Shown one piece after another: positions 12,598 to 23,318 of a DNA stretch of 64,000 nt. The first letter of the stretch is position 1; every line of letters starts with the position of its first letter. Below the pieces are notes generated by a model that was not told the origin of the DNA, did not search any database, and was given only the letters and a program-made list of their open reading frames with translations. Both the position numbers and the translations under genes were made by a program. The DNA comes from an uncultured Solirubrobacterales bacterium (lineage in GTDB: Bacteria > Actinomycetota > Thermoleophilia > Solirubrobacterales > Solirubrobacteraceae), in the NCBI GenBank assembly GCA_963730075.1, contig CAVSQH010000019.1, positions 35,150 to 99,149 on the forward strand. The letters are read 5' to 3'.

Positions 12598-13880
12598 CCG
12601 GCGGAGATTACTTCGCCGACCCGGGTCCAGACGTCCGCGAGGCGAATGATCGTCGCCGCCGCCGAAGCCATGTCATTGACCGACGCCCACTCGCGCACCG
12701 AGTGGTACTCGTGACCCCCCGTGAACAGGTTCGGGGTCGGAAGCCCCATCTCGCTGAGCCTCGAGCCGTCGGTCCCGCCTCGGATCGGATTGCGGATCGG
12801 CTCGATCCCCTCGTCCCGGATGGCCCGCTCGGCCGCCTCGACGATCTCCGGCACGGCCTCGATGTAGGAGCGCATGTTGCGGTACTGGCGCCGCACGTCG
12901 ACCTCGACCCTGGCCCGCGGGTACTCGGCGAGCACCTCCTGGACGGTGCGCTCGAACAGTTCGACGTGCTCGTCGAGCCGCTGCTCGTCGAAGTCACGCA
13001 CGATCGCGCGGATCCGGGCCTCGCCGGGAGTTCCCGACAGCGAATACGGATGGATGAATCCGTCGCGTCCCGAGGTCGTCTCGGGCGACAGCCCGTCGCT
13101 CGGTAGGACGGACAGGATCTGAGCCGCGATCCGCACCGCGTTGACGAGCTTGCCCGTCGCCTGGCCGGGGTGGACATCGACCCCGCGGACGATCGCGGTC
13201 AACTCGTAGGCCGAGAACGTCTCGTCCTGGATCTCGCCGGTATCCGAGCCGTCGAGCGTGTAGGCGCACGAAGCTCCGAAGCCCTCGATGTCGAACAGGG
13301 TCGCGCCTTCGCCGATCTCCTCATCGGGGGTGAACGCGATCCGCAGCGTCGGCCGCGGCAGCTCCGGATGGGCCGACATGTACGCCACCGCCGCGACGAT
13401 CTCGGCGACGCCGGCCTTGTCGTCTGCTCCCAGCAGAGTGTCGCCGCTCGAGGTGACGATGTCGTGGCCTCGCTTGGTGAGCAGCTCGGGCATCGTCGCC
13501 GGGTCAAGCATCGTCCGGTCCCGGGGGAGCTCGAGCACCTCGCCGTCGTAACCACGATGGACGATCGGCTCGACCCCGGCGCCGGGAGCGTCGGGGGTGG
13601 TGTCCATGTGGGCGATCAGCCCGATCACGTGCTCGGCGCCGCCGCTGGCCGGCAGCGTCGCGATCACGTACCCGTTCTCGTTCAACGAGGCGTCTGCGAG
13701 TCCGGCGGCCAGCAGCTCGTCGACCAGCAGGCGGCCGAGTTCGAGCTGACCGGGCGTGCTGGGTGAGCGGTCGCGATCTCGCTTTGACTGCGTGTCGATT
13801 CGCACGTAGCGCAGGAACCGCTGCAGCACGTCGGGAGCGAGTGCCCGAGCCAGGTCTGAGGTGTAGCCGTTATCGCCCAT
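12594..13880 (-). CDS. pepT: Peptidase T
   Basis: RFLRYVRIDTQS, AHMDT, LLGADDKAG, TPDEEIG, IRGGTDG and HSVREW. Confidence 0.95.
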   Translation of the reverse strand: MGDNGYTSDLARALAPDVLQRFLRYVRIDTQSKRDRDRSPSTPGQLELGRLLVDELLAAGLADASLNENGYVIATLPASGGAEHVIGLIAHMDTTPDAPGAGVEPIVHRGYDGEVLELPRDRTMLDPATMPELLTKRGHDIVTSSGDTLLGADDKAGVAEIVAAVAYMSAHPELPRPTLRIAFTPDEEIGEGATLFDIEGFGASCAYTLDGSDTGEIQDETFSAYELTAIVRGVDVHPGQATGKLVNAVRIAAQILSVLPSDGLSPETTSGRDGFIHPYSLSGTPGEARIRAIVRDFDEQRLDEHVELFERTVQEVLAEYPRARVEVDVRRQYRNMRSYIEAVPEIVEAAERAIRDEGIEPIRNPIRGGTDGSRLSEMGLPTPNLFTGGHEYHSVREWASVNDMASAAATIIRLADVWTRVGEVISAG

Positions 13881-14112
13881 CGTCTCCAGTATTTCAACCT
13901 ATACCCGCGCCGCGTCTGGCCCACCCCCGGCCGCCCGACGCAGCCACCCCTCCGGCCGCTCGAAAGTTCCCCACGACGAGCGTGAATCGCCCTCTGTGCA
14001 GCACATCTGCGCGCCGGTCGGCAATTGGACATGGGTTACATTCCCGCCCACCGCTCGCGACCCCGTTCGCGGTGTGATAGAACGGCGGGGTCTGCAACTT
14101 TTGGAGGTGGCG

Positions 14113-14877
14113 ATGGCGGTTATACAGACCACCGAGCCATTGGCAAGGATTGTCAGCTCGCCCGAACTGTTCAGGCGTTGGCGCGATCATCGTGACCAGC
14201 GCGCAAGGGAGATGCTGATCGAGCGTTTCTTGCCTCTAGCCCGCAAGCTGGCGCGCCGATACGTGGCGTCCAACGAACCCTATGACGACCTCGTCCAGGT
14301 GGCGAGCCTCGGCCTCGTCAAGGCCGTGGAACGGTTTGACCCGGACCGAGGATTCGCCTTTACGTCCTTCGCGGTGCCGACGATCGTCGGTGAGCTGAAG
14401 CGGTACTTCCGCGATACCGCGTGGGCGCTGCACGTTGATCGAGGTGCCCAGGAGCGTGCCCGCAAGATCGCCGACGCGCGGCGCGAGATCGCTGCTCGTC
14501 TGGGGAGAGTGCCGACGGTCCTCGAGCTGGCCGAGTATCTGGAGTGCAGCGCCGAAGAGGTGCTTGACGGCCTTCAGATCGGCGAGGCGTTCGACACCGT
14601 GTCGCTCGACGCTCCACGCCAGACCGACCACGACTCGGCGATCAGCCGGCTCGAGGCGATCGGCGACGAGGACGGGCGGCTGGGGATGATCGACGACCAG
14701 GCGACGATCTTCGCTGCGGCTCAGCGTCTGCCCAGGCGCGAACGCGAGATCCTGTTCCTCCGTTTCGGCGAGGACCTGACTCAGACCGAGATCGCCGAGC
14801 GCGTCGGCGTCTCGCAGATGCAGGTCTCGCGGCTCCTGCGCCGCTCGCTGCAGAGGCTCCAGGAGATCTGCGCCTGA
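14113..14877 (+). CDS. SigB/SigF-family RNA polymerase sigma factor
   Basis: DDLVQVASLGLVKAVERFDP, FAVPTIVGELKRYFRD and TQTEIAERVGVSQMQVSR. GGAGG RBS at 14103. Confidence 0.93.
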   Translation: MAVIQTTEPLARIVSSPELFRRWRDHRDQRAREMLIERFLPLARKLARRYVASNEPYDDLVQVASLGLVKAVERFDPDRGFAFTSFAVPTIVGELKRYFRDTAWALHVDRGAQERARKIADARREIAARLGRVPTVLELAEYLECSAEEVLDGLQIGEAFDTVSLDAPRQTDHDSAISRLEAIGDEDGRLGMIDDQATIFAAAQRLPRREREILFLRFGEDLTQTEIAERVGVSQMQVSRLLRRSLQRLQEICA

Positions 14878-14962
14878 AACCCGACTGACATCGCCGGACC
14901 CCGTCGCCTGTCGTGAGCTGGCGGCGGGGCTGACTGGCACAGTAGGTCGCGGCCATGTTCCC

Positions 14963-15012
14963 AGTCACCGTGGGGCGAGCGCCGGAGTCACCGTGGGGCG
15001 AGCGCCGGAGTC
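14963..15012. repeat. 23-bp perfect tandem duplication
   Basis: AGTCACCGTGGGGCGAGCGCCGG at 14963 and 14986, followed by AGTC. Confidence 0.9.
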
Positions 15013-15113
15013 CTGACACCTGTTTTTGGTATCTTGCCCTCCATCCGGTCGTTCCTGCGCTCGGGTAAACGGCGGGCACACGATCCTCGGGTTAGCAGTA
15101 GGCTCGGGCCTGC

Positions 15114-15458
15114 GTGCAGAGTGATTTTCAAGTTGAGCGGCGCGTCCAGGGCCGCGCGGCGATCATCACGATCACAGGCGAGCTGGATCTCGCTTCGAGC
15201 CCACAGCTCGAGCAGGAGCTCGACGACGTCTGGGAGTCGGGCGCGGAGCTGCTCGTACTTGACCTCCGCGACCTCGAATTCATGGACTCGACCGGTCTCA
15301 GCATCATCGTCAGCGCCCACCAGCGGCTGTCGGACTCAGGCCGCCAGCTGAGCGTCGTCAGGGGCCCTCAGCAGGTGCAGCGGCTTCTCGATCTGACCGG
15401 CGTATCCGAGCGCTTGCGACTGGTCGACACACCTGAAGAGGTCCTCACGGAGGGCTGA
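15114..15458 (+). CDS. STAS anti-anti-sigma factor (RsbV-like)
   Basis: GELDLASS and LVLDLRDLEFMDSTGL with the phosphorylatable Ser. Confidence 0.93.
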   Translation: MQSDFQVERRVQGRAAIITITGELDLASSPQLEQELDDVWESGAELLVLDLRDLEFMDSTGLSIIVSAHQRLSDSGRQLSVVRGPQQVQRLLDLTGVSERLRLVDTPEEVLTEG

Positions 15459-15496
15459 CCTGCTCGACGCCGGCGCACTCGGGGAACAAATTCTAA

Positions 15497-17136
15497 GTGG
15501 GCGTGGACCGGAGTTCGGGGAACTTCTGGAGACGCTCGCCGAGGCGATCACGATTCGTGATCCCAACGACAAGCTCGTGTACGCGAATCGGGCCGCGATC
15601 GAGCACCTCGGATTCGAGACGCTGGAGGAGCTCCTCCAGCACCCACTGGACTCGATCATGGCCGACTACATCGTCCATGACGAGCATGGCCGGCCGCTCG
15701 AGATGAGCGACGTGCCGTCGGTCAGGCTGCTGCGGGGCGAGCCCGCGGAGCCGCTGCTGATGCACACGGTCAACCGGCGCACCGGCCAGTCGCGCTGGGA
15801 GCTGCTCAAGACCGCCGGGCTCCGCGACGCCGACGGGAACCTGAGCGCTGCGGTGACCGTGATCGAGGACCTGACCGCGGTCAAGACAGCCGAGGTCCAC
15901 ATGCGAATCCTGTCCGAGGCGGGCCGCGTGCTGGGCTCGTCGCTCGACCTCGAGCAGACGCTCCAGAACGTCGCCGAGCTTGCGGTGCCCGCGTTCGCGG
16001 ACTGGTGCGTCGTCGACCTAGTGAGCAAGACGCTGACGCGCGATCACGTCGCGATGGCCCACCGAGATCCGGCCAGGCGCGCCCTGGTCGCTCGGCTCAA
16101 GCAGTTCCAGACCACACAGCTGGACCCGAAGTCGACCCTCGGTCGCGTCGCCAGCAGCGGCCGGTCTGAGCACTTCTTCGAGGTCGATGACGAGTACCTC
16201 GAGGGGGTCGCCCAAGACTCAGACGACCTGGCGATTATGCGCGAGCTCGAGATTCGCTCTGCGATCGTCGTACCGCTTCAGGTCCGGTCTCGGACCGTCG
16301 GCGTGATGACCTTCTGCACGGCCGAGTCACAACGCCGCCTGACGAGCGATGACGTCGATCTCGCCGAGCAGCTCGCGGGACGAGCCGCGATGGCCGTCGA
16401 GACCGCTCGGCTGCACACGACGCTCAGCCGTGTGTCAGAGACGCTCCAGCAGAGCCTAATCCCCAGCGACCCGCCAGAGCTTCCGGGTTGGGAGCTCGCA
16501 TCCCTGTACGAGCCGGCCGGAGCCGCGCAGCGAATCGAGGTGGGTGGTGACTTCTTCGAGGTGTTCGACACCGGCTCGGCACCGATCGCGGTGATCGGGG
16601 ATGTGACCGGCCACGGGGTCGCGGCCGCCACGCTGACCGCTCTGATGCGTTACGGAGCGCGGTTCGCAAGCCGCCTCGAGCCACAGCCGGCAGCGATCCT
16701 GCGACGGCTCGACGAGGAGCTCCGCCAGCGAACGAGCGGGGCGCTCTGCACCGCTCTGTGCGCCCGGCTCGACGACGGCGCGCTCGTCCTGAGCTCCGCC
16801 GGCCATCCGCCGGCGCTGATCGTCAACCCGGACGGAGAGATCACCGAGGCGCCATCGCCGGGCCCCCTGCTCGGAGCGTTCGAAGACGCCGATTGGAGCG
16901 AGGACGAGGTGCGGGTCGGACCACACAACCTGATCCTGTTCTACACCGACGGGGTCACCGAGACCGTCGGCGAGCAAGAGCGTTTCGGGCGCGAGCGGCT
17001 GCGCGGGCTGCTGGCCGAGTGCGCCGGCGCCAGTCCGCACGAGCTGCTTGGCGCACTGAGCGCCGCGCTGGCCGAGTTCCGCGAGGGAGAGGCGGCGGAT
17101 GACGTGGCTGCGGTCGCGCTGCGGCCGCGCGCCTGA
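15497..17136 (+). CDS. PAS-GAF-PP2C (SpoIIE/RsbU-like) phosphatase; start uncertain
   Basis: VGGDFFE, IGDVTGHG, SAGHPP, YTDGVTE and DDVA. The frame stays open and PAS-like upstream of 15577 (EFGELLETLAEAITIRD). The GTG at 15497/15503 is out of frame by one base. Confidence 0.88.
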
Positions 17137-17157
17137 ACTGCGAGGCGCAGCCGCTGC

Positions 17158-18033
17158 CTAGTTGCGGTGGTCGATCACGACCACATGCAGCAACTCGCCG
17201 TCGCCGGCCTCGCGAATCGACACCTCGTCGCTGAGCAGCGCGAGTGGCGACGGGGCCGGGTCAGTCCGGGAGGCGCGCAGGATCTCGCTGGCCCCTGGTC
17301 GGAAGGGGCCGACCGTGAGCTCGAGCCGTCGCTCGCCGGCCGACAGGCGAGCGTCGATCCGCATCCCGGCGGCCGCTCGCGCGGCGTGCGCGGCAATCGT
17401 GTCGGTCACCAGATACACGTCGGAGAAACGATCGAGCGAGAAATGGGCCGTCGCGGCGAGCGTTCGAGCAAGTCGTCCAAGGACACCCGTCAGCAATGAG
17501 ACCGGAGACAGTGACACGACCACCTCGTCAACGTCCTCGAGCTCCCACCCGACGTCATCCGGCCCGGCGATGCTCGGCAGCTGCAGTAACGGGCGGCCGG
17601 CACGTTGGGCAGCGAAGTCCATCTGCACCACCGTTCCACCTTCGGGCCCGTCGAGCACGGTCACCTCGTCGGCGAGCGCGCGAATCACCGACATCCCGAT
17701 CCCCTCGGCGCGGTCGACGGCGTCCGCCGGAAAGCCGTCGCCACGATCCTGCACTGTGACTCGGAGTTGCTGCTCGTCGACGAACATGCGCACTCCCATC
17801 GGACCCGCGTCGCCACCGTAGGCATGCAGGACGACGTTGTTACACGCCTCGCTGACGGCCGTCTTGAGGTCGTCGAGCAGCTCCGGATCGATCGCCAGCA
17901 GTTCTGCCACCCCGCTGAGCATGCCCCTTACGATCGTCAGGGTCTGAGGCTTACTCTCAAGGTCCAGGCGGACAGTGGGCGATTCAGTGGTCACGCCGGC
18001 TTTCACCAGATGCCGCGCATCGTGGCCGCCCAA
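17158..18033 (-). CDS. RsbW-like anti-sigma Ser kinase with a second, degenerate HATPase-like domain
   Basis: DLKTAVSEACNNVVLHAY, DRGDG and GIGMSVI in the first half; FSLDRFSDVYLVTD in the second. Alternative start is the GTG at 17994. Confidence 0.85.
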   Translation of the reverse strand: MGGHDARHLVKAGVTTESPTVRLDLESKPQTLTIVRGMLSGVAELLAIDPELLDDLKTAVSEACNNVVLHAYGGDAGPMGVRMFVDEQQLRVTVQDRGDGFPADAVDRAEGIGMSVIRALADEVTVLDGPEGGTVVQMDFAAQRAGRPLLQLPSIAGPDDVGWELEDVDEVVVSLSPVSLLTGVLGRLARTLAATAHFSLDRFSDVYLVTDTIAAHAARAAAGMRIDARLSAGERRLELTVGPFRPGASEILRASRTDPAPSPLALLSDEVSIREAGDGELLHVVVIDHRN

Positions 18034-18052
18034 ACTACCGTATGACCTAGGT

Positions 18053-18862
18053 TCAGCGAGTTGGCGTCGCAGCCTCAGTCAACTCACTAAGCCGGGCAAT
18101 GGCTCTCCGCAGGATACGGGAGACCTGCATCTGTGAGACGCCGATCCGCTCGGCGATCTGAGTCTGTGTCATGTCGTCGACGAACCGCAACGCGAGAACC
18201 TGCCGCTCACGCTGAGTCAGCTGCGCCGCAACGAGCCCGACGGTGATTCGCGCGTCGGCGAGCCGTAGGCCCGGATCCTCGCCACCGAACGTCTCGACCA
18301 ATGAAGCGCTCTCGCCCTCGCCATCATCGTGGGGCGCGTCGAGCGACGCGGCGTGGTGTGCCCGGGCCGTCTCGAGCGACTCGAGAACCTCATCGATGCT
18401 GAACTCGAGATACTCGGCGAGCTCTGGGACCGTCGGCGCACGTCCGGACCTGGCGCTCAGCTGCTGCTGGGCATCCTCGACCTTGACGGCCCGCTCCTGC
18501 GCTCCCCGCGGGACGTGAACCGCCCAGCCGTGGTCACGGAAGTAGCGCTTCAGCTCCCCCAGAATCGTCGGGACCGCGAACGATGAGAAGGCGTTGCCGC
18601 GACTGCAGTCGAACCGGTCGACCGCCTTGACCAGACCGAGGCTCGCGACCTGAAGGAGGTCGTCGAACGGCTCGTGGCCGACGTTGTAGCGACGCGCGAG
18701 CTTGCGCGCCAGCGGCAGAAACCGCTCGACAAGCTCGTCGCGAGCGGTCCGGTCGCCGTCACGCTGCCAGCGGCGGAACAGGACTTCGGTTTCGTGCGGA
18801 GACAGAGGTTTGGAGCTCCGAGACCGCGAAGGTGCAACGGGGGATGGGGTGGTTATCGCCAT
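18053..18862 (-). CDS. SigB/SigF-family sigma factor (second paralogue)
   Basis: DDLLQVASLGLVKAVDRFD, VPTILGELKRYFRD and TQTQIAERIGVSQMQVSR. Confidence 0.93.
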   Translation of the reverse strand: MAITTPSPVAPSRSRSSKPLSPHETEVLFRRWQRDGDRTARDELVERFLPLARKLARRYNVGHEPFDDLLQVASLGLVKAVDRFDCSRGNAFSSFAVPTILGELKRYFRDHGWAVHVPRGAQERAVKVEDAQQQLSARSGRAPTVPELAEYLEFSIDEVLESLETARAHHAASLDAPHDDGEGESASLVETFGGEDPGLRLADARITVGLVAAQLTQRERQVLALRFVDDMTQTQIAERIGVSQMQVSRILRRAIARLSELTEAATPTR

Positions 18863-18873
18863 TTCTTGTGACC

Positions 18874-18897
18874 TACCCCGCTGGGCAATTCCCAAGC
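18874..18897 (-). promoter_or_regulatory. Possible SigB/SigF-type promoter of the second sigma gene
   Basis: Minus strand reads GCTT-N15-GGGTA, similar to GTTT-N15-17-GGGTA. Confidence 0.4.
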
Positions 18898-19098
18898 ACC
18901 CCAGGTCGGATTCGCAAGCACACAGGGCCGGGATTCCAAGACAGGACAGGTCGAGTCCGGATAAGCGCTCTCACGGTTCTCTGATCAGGCTCTGAGCAAC
19001 TTCCGTCTGACCGCGCGGGGCTCAGCTCGGTCGAGCTCGTGAAAATCCTGGGTCGCCCGGTCGCTTTGCGAACCGGCCTCCGGGTAGCCTGCACGGCT

Positions 19099-19923
19099 GT
19101 GACCAGGGTCGCGGTCGTCGGGCATGTCGAGTGGGTCGAGTTCGTTCGGCTCGCAGGGTTCCCTGCGCGCGGGTCGGTGAGCCACGCGCTGGACGCGTTC
19201 ACGCACGCCGGCGGAGGCGGCGTGGTGGCGGCTGCGGTGCTGGCCGAGCTGGGCGCCGAGGTCGACTTCTTCTGCGCGCTTGGCCACGACGCCAACGGCG
19301 AGGCCGCCGTCGCCGAGATGGGCGTCCGCGGCGTCAAGATGCACGTCGCCTGGCGCGATCAGCCGACCCGCCGCGTGATCACGCTGCTGGAGGCGGCTGG
19401 CGAGCGGACGATCGTCACGATCGGCGAGCGGCTCGAGCCGGACGGCACCGACGACCTCGATTGGTCGCTGCTCGCCGGGGCTGACGGGGTCTACTTCACC
19501 GCCGGCGACCAGGGCGCGGCCGACCGGGCCCGGCAGGCGCGGGTGTTGGTGATCACACCCCGCGCACGCGAGGCGCTCGAGCACAGTACGGATCTGATCG
19601 ATGCGCTCGTCTACAGCGCCCATGACGACGACGAGTGCCGCTGGGCACGGCGGCTCGAGTCGCGCACCCGGCTGATGGTCGAGACCGAGGGCGCCGACGG
19701 GGGGCGCTGGTGGGGGGAATCGGAAGGGCGCTGGCCCTCGGTAGCGGTGCCCGGGCCTCCTCAGGACGACTACGGCTGCGGCGACTCGTTCGCGGCCGGG
19801 ATCACGTTCGGCTTGGCGAAGGGCCTGCCGGTGCTGGAGGCGGCAATGATCGGCGCCCAGCAGGGGGCCCTGACGCTGACGCTCGTCGGGGCGCCGCCGC
19901 GACTCGACGTCGCGCCGGCCTGA
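19099..19923 (+). CDS. PfkB-family carbohydrate kinase
   Basis: VAVVGHVEWVE, AGGGG, GERTI, TEGADG and DDYGCGDSFAAG. Confidence 0.88.
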   Translation: MTRVAVVGHVEWVEFVRLAGFPARGSVSHALDAFTHAGGGGVVAAAVLAELGAEVDFFCALGHDANGEAAVAEMGVRGVKMHVAWRDQPTRRVITLLEAAGERTIVTIGERLEPDGTDDLDWSLLAGADGVYFTAGDQGAADRARQARVLVITPRAREALEHSTDLIDALVYSAHDDDECRWARRLESRTRLMVETEGADGGRWWGESEGRWPSVAVPGPPQDDYGCGDSFAAGITFGLAKGLPVLEAAMIGAQQGALTLTLVGAPPRLDVAPA

Positions 19924-19941
19924 GCGCAGGCGCGATTTGCG

Positions 19942-20337
19942 TCAGCCCTCCGGGGTCCTGGGCGCGTATCGGTGATGGAGCATCAGCGCGTTCCCATCCG
20001 GATCGGCGAAGAACGCCATGTGACACACGCCCGTGTCGAACGTGTCCCCGGCGAACTCGATCCCGGCCGCCTCCAGCTCGCCGCGAGCCGCCTCGATGTC
20101 CTCGACGTGAAGCGCAATCGCGTTCGGGCTCGAATGGTGCTCCATGCCCATCTGTGTCGGGTTGTAGATGCTGAGCGTCAGGTTGCCGGTCTCGAACTCG
20201 GCGAAGCCGCGCTCGGGCACGTACGCCGAACGGCGCAGCCCGAGCTTGCCGCCGTAGAACTCGATCGATCGCTCGAGCTCCCTGGTCGGAACGCTCACGA
20301 AGTCGACCCCGGTCACCAGTTCCTTCGTCGCGGTCAT
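19942..20337 (-). CDS. VOC/glyoxalase family protein
   Basis: VDFVSVPTRELERSIEFYG and FFADPDGNALMLH. Confidence 0.9.
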   Translation of the reverse strand: MTATKELVTGVDFVSVPTRELERSIEFYGGKLGLRRSAYVPERGFAEFETGNLTLSIYNPTQMGMEHHSSPNAIALHVEDIEAARGELEAAGIEFAGDTFDTGVCHMAFFADPDGNALMLHHRYAPRTPEG

Positions 20338-20441
20338 CGTCTACCTCCGGTTTGGCTGCGTGGCCGTTGGGTTGTGACAGTACACCGGGCCCAGGGCCGT
20401 CAAGCGGCCCCGCCCGCGTGGGTTTCCGTCCGGTGATGATG

Positions 20442-20455
20442 CGAACATATGTTCG
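20442..20455 (+). promoter_or_regulatory. LexA (SOS) box overlapping the dinB start
   Basis: Perfect palindrome CGAACATATGTTCG. Confidence 0.9.
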
Positions 20456-21639
20456 TGTACAAGTCGCCAACCATACTGCACGCCGACCTCGACTCGTTCT
20501 ACGCCTCGGTTGAGCAGCGCGACGATCCGAGGCTCCGGGGACGGCCGGTGATCGTTGGCGGGGGTGTGGTGCTCGCGGCAAGTTATGAGGCGAAGGCGTT
20601 CGGCGTGAGGACGGCGATGGGAGGCGCCCGCGCGAGGGCCCTGTGCCCCCAGGCGGTGGTCGTGCCGCCCAGGATGTCGGCCTACAGCGAGGCCAGCAAA
20701 GCGGTGTTCGCCGTCTTCGAGCGAACGTCTCCATTGGTCGAGGCGCTCTCAATCGACGAGGCGTTCCTCGACGTCCGGGGCCTCGACCACATCTCGGGAA
20801 CGCCGAGGGAGATTGCCGGCCGACTGCGTGCCGAGGTCCAGAAGGAGGTCGGCCTGCCGATCACGGTCGGGCTCGCCTGCACGAAGTTCCTCGCCAAGGT
20901 TGCCAGCGGCGTCGCGAAGCCCGACGGGCTGCTCGTGATTCCGGCCGGGTCAGAGCTGGCGTTTCTGCACCCGCTGCCGGTCGAGCGACTGTGGGGCGTC
21001 GGGCGGGTGACGTCGGAGAAGCTCCGCAGCCATGGGATCTCGACGGTCAGTCAGGTCGCGGCATTCGGCGAACATGCGCTGGTCGAGATGCTCGGCCGGG
21101 CAAGCGGCCGGCAGCTGTTCGCGCTCGCCAACAACCGAGATCCGCGGCCGGTGCGAAGACGGGCACGGCGAAGATCGATCGGGGCCCAGCGTGCGCTCGG
21201 CCGGCGGGCGCGGGCGCCGGCCGAGATTCAAGCGACGCTGATGACGTTGATCGATCGGGTTTCGCGCCGGCTCCGGACCGCCCATCGCGCCTGCCGGACC
21301 GTGGTCCTGCGGCTGCGCTTTAACGACTTCTCGCGCGCGACCCGTTCGCACACGATGGTTGAGGCGACGACCCGGACGGCGACGCTGCTCAGCGTCGCGC
21401 GGACCCTGCTCGACGACGCGCAGCCGGTGATCCGCGCTCGCGGGCTAACCCTGGTCGGCGTGGCGCTCACCAACCTGTGTGATGACACCGCGATCCAGTT
21501 GGCGCTGCCGTTTGACCGGCTTGCCGAGCTCGACCGGACGCTCGACGAGCTGCGCGAGCGGTTCGGCTCGGGGGCGATCTCGCGGGGCGCGCTCGTCGGT
21601 CAGGACCCGGGGCCCTGGGTGCCGTTGCTTCCCGATTGA
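20449..21639 (+). CDS. dinB: DNA polymerase IV
   Basis: [37 protein letters not shown] and LWGVG. Confidence 0.95.
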   Translation: MFVYKSPTILHADLDSFYASVEQRDDPRLRGRPVIVGGGVVLAASYEAKAFGVRTAMGGARARALCPQAVVVPPRMSAYSEASKAVFAVFERTSPLVEALSIDEAFLDVRGLDHISGTPREIAGRLRAEVQKEVGLPITVGLACTKFLAKVASGVAKPDGLLVIPAGSELAFLHPLPVERLWGVGRVTSEKLRSHGISTVSQVAAFGEHALVEMLGRASGRQLFALANNRDPRPVRRRARRRSIGAQRALGRRARAPAEIQATLMTLIDRVSRRLRTAHRACRTVVLRLRFNDFSRATRSHTMVEATTRTATLLSVARTLLDDAQPVIRARGLTLVGVALTNLCDDTAIQLALPFDRLAELDRTLDELRERFGSGAISRGALVGQDPGPWVPLLPD

Positions 21640-22835
21640 TGCCGGTGCACGGGGTCGCCGTCGCGTCCACGCTCGGCGTCGTCCAGCCGGCGCTCGAGAA
21701 ACCGGCGCTCCTGGCCCGGAGCGGTCAGCTCGATCGCCCGGCGGTAGGCGGCCGCGGACTCCCGGTCACGGCCGAGCCGTCGAAGCAGCTCGGCGCGAGT
21801 CGAGTGCAGGTAGCGGTAATCGTCGAGCTCGCCGGCCAGCGCGTCCGCGCGTTGCAGCGCAACCTCTGACGCTCCCGCCTCGGCGATCGCGACCGCGCGA
21901 TTGAGCTCGACGACCGGAGATCGGGTCAGGGCCGCGAGCTCGGTGTACAAGGCGACGATCTGAGGCCAGTCGGGCAGATTCTCGGCCTGCAGCGAGGCGA
22001 TCGCCGCCTGCAACACGTACTGGCCCCGGCCCCGCAGGGCCAGCCCGCGGTCAAGTGCCGCTCGCCCGGCGTCGATCTGCTCGTGGTTCCAAAGCGAGCG
22101 ATCCTGATCGGCGAGCAGGACGAGCTCGCCCGCCACCACGCGCGCGTGACGGCGGGAGTCATGCAGCAGCATCAGCGCGAGCAGGCCTTGCACCTCGGGT
22201 TCGTCGGGCATCAGTTCGGTGAGCACGCGGCCGAGACTGATCGCCTCGGCGGCCATGTCAAGCCGTCCGCCGTAGCCCTCGTTGAAGATCAGGTAGACGA
22301 TCGCGAGCACCGCCGCCAGTCGATCCGGCAACAGATGCTCGGGCGGGACGCTGAACGGGATTCCGGCGACCTTGATCTTCGCCTTTGCCCGCGACAGCCG
22401 ACGCTTCATCGTTTCAGGCGCGACGATGAACGCGCGGGCGATCTCCTCGGTGCTGAGACCGCCGAGCGCCCGTAGCGTCAGCGCCACCTGGGCGTCGGTG
22501 GAAAGCGCAGGGTGGCAGCAGGCAAACAGGAGCTCCAGGCGCTCATCGGGTATCGAGCTCTCGTTCACCTCGTCCTCGACTGTGTCCGGCGGGGTCAACA
22601 GCGGAACCTTGGCCGCGAACGTCCGCTCCCGGCGGAGCCGATCGATCGCGCGGTTGCGTGCCGTCGTCACCAGCCATGCATGCGGGTTCGACGGCTCGCC
22701 CTCCCGCTGCCATCGCTCAGCGGCAATCGCAAACGCCTCCTGGGCGGCCTCTTCGGCGAGATCGAAGTCGCCGAAGAAGCCAATCAGCGAAGCGAGAACC
22801 CGGCCCCACTCGTCACGGAAGACGCGCTCGATCAG
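21600..22835 (-). CDS. ECF42-type sigma factor with C-terminal TPR extension
   Basis: The frame continues upstream of 22670 as [34 protein letters not shown]. Also [23 protein letters not shown] and [11 protein letters not shown]. Adjacent to a DGPF gene. Confidence 0.88.
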   Translation of the reverse strand: MIERVFRDEWGRVLASLIGFFGDFDLAEEAAQEAFAIAAERWQREGEPSNPHAWLVTTARNRAIDRLRRERTFAAKVPLLTPPDTVEDEVNESSIPDERLELLFACCHPALSTDAQVALTLRALGGLSTEEIARAFIVAPETMKRRLSRAKAKIKVAGIPFSVPPEHLLPDRLAAVLAIVYLIFNEGYGGRLDMAAEAISLGRVLTELMPDEPEVQGLLALMLLHDSRRHARVVAGELVLLADQDRSLWNHEQIDAGRAALDRGLALRGRGQYVLQAAIASLQAENLPDWPQIVALYTELAALTRSPVVELNRAVAIAEAGASEVALQRADALAGELDDYRYLHSTRAELLRRLGRDRESAAAYRRAIELTAPGQERRFLERRLDDAERGRDGDPVHRHQSGSNGTQGPGS

Positions 22836-23173
22836 GACCGCGGCTCCACGATCGGCCGCACCTCGACGGACCCGCCGAGCCGCAGGGCCGGGATCCGCTC
22901 GGCGACGGCGAAGGCCGCGTCGACGTCGGCGACGTCAAACAGGTAGTAGCCCCCGAACACCTCCTTGGTGTCGGCGAACGGACCGTCGGTGGTCAGCGTC
23001 TGTCCGTTGCTGCGCCGCAGCGTGGTCGCCATCTCGGCCGGGTGCAGTTGAGCGCTGGCGAGGTAGCCGGGTTCGTCACGAAGCGCCTCGTACTCGCGCA
23101 TCACCTCGGCCATCTGATCCTCGGGCAGATCGTGGCTTCCCGGCTCCGAGTAAACAAGCAGTGCGTACTTCAT
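22832..23173 (-). CDS. YciI/DGPF-family protein
   Basis: MKYALLVY...[16 protein letters not shown]...VEVRP; GGAGG RBS. Confidence 0.92.
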   Translation of the reverse strand: MKYALLVYSEPGSHDLPEDQMAEVMREYEALRDEPGYLASAQLHPAEMATTLRRSNGQTLTTDGPFADTKEVFGGYYLFDVADVDAAFAVAERIPALRLGGSVEVRPIVEPRS

Positions 23174-23318
23174 CGATCCTCCTTGGAAGAGCTTGCATTC
23201 GTGGCAGAGACGAACGGGATCGGCCCGAGGGGACAGTAGCCGCCCCGAGCCGTACGCCCAAAACCTGCGCCCGGCCCAGCAAACGACGCCCCCCCCCCGG
23301 CCACAGGTCGCCCCCGCG

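Noticed and set aside
23289-23298. Poly-C tract as a phase-variation switch
   Set aside because: Intergenic, not clearly in a promoter spacer, and homopolymer lengths are unreliable in this sequence.
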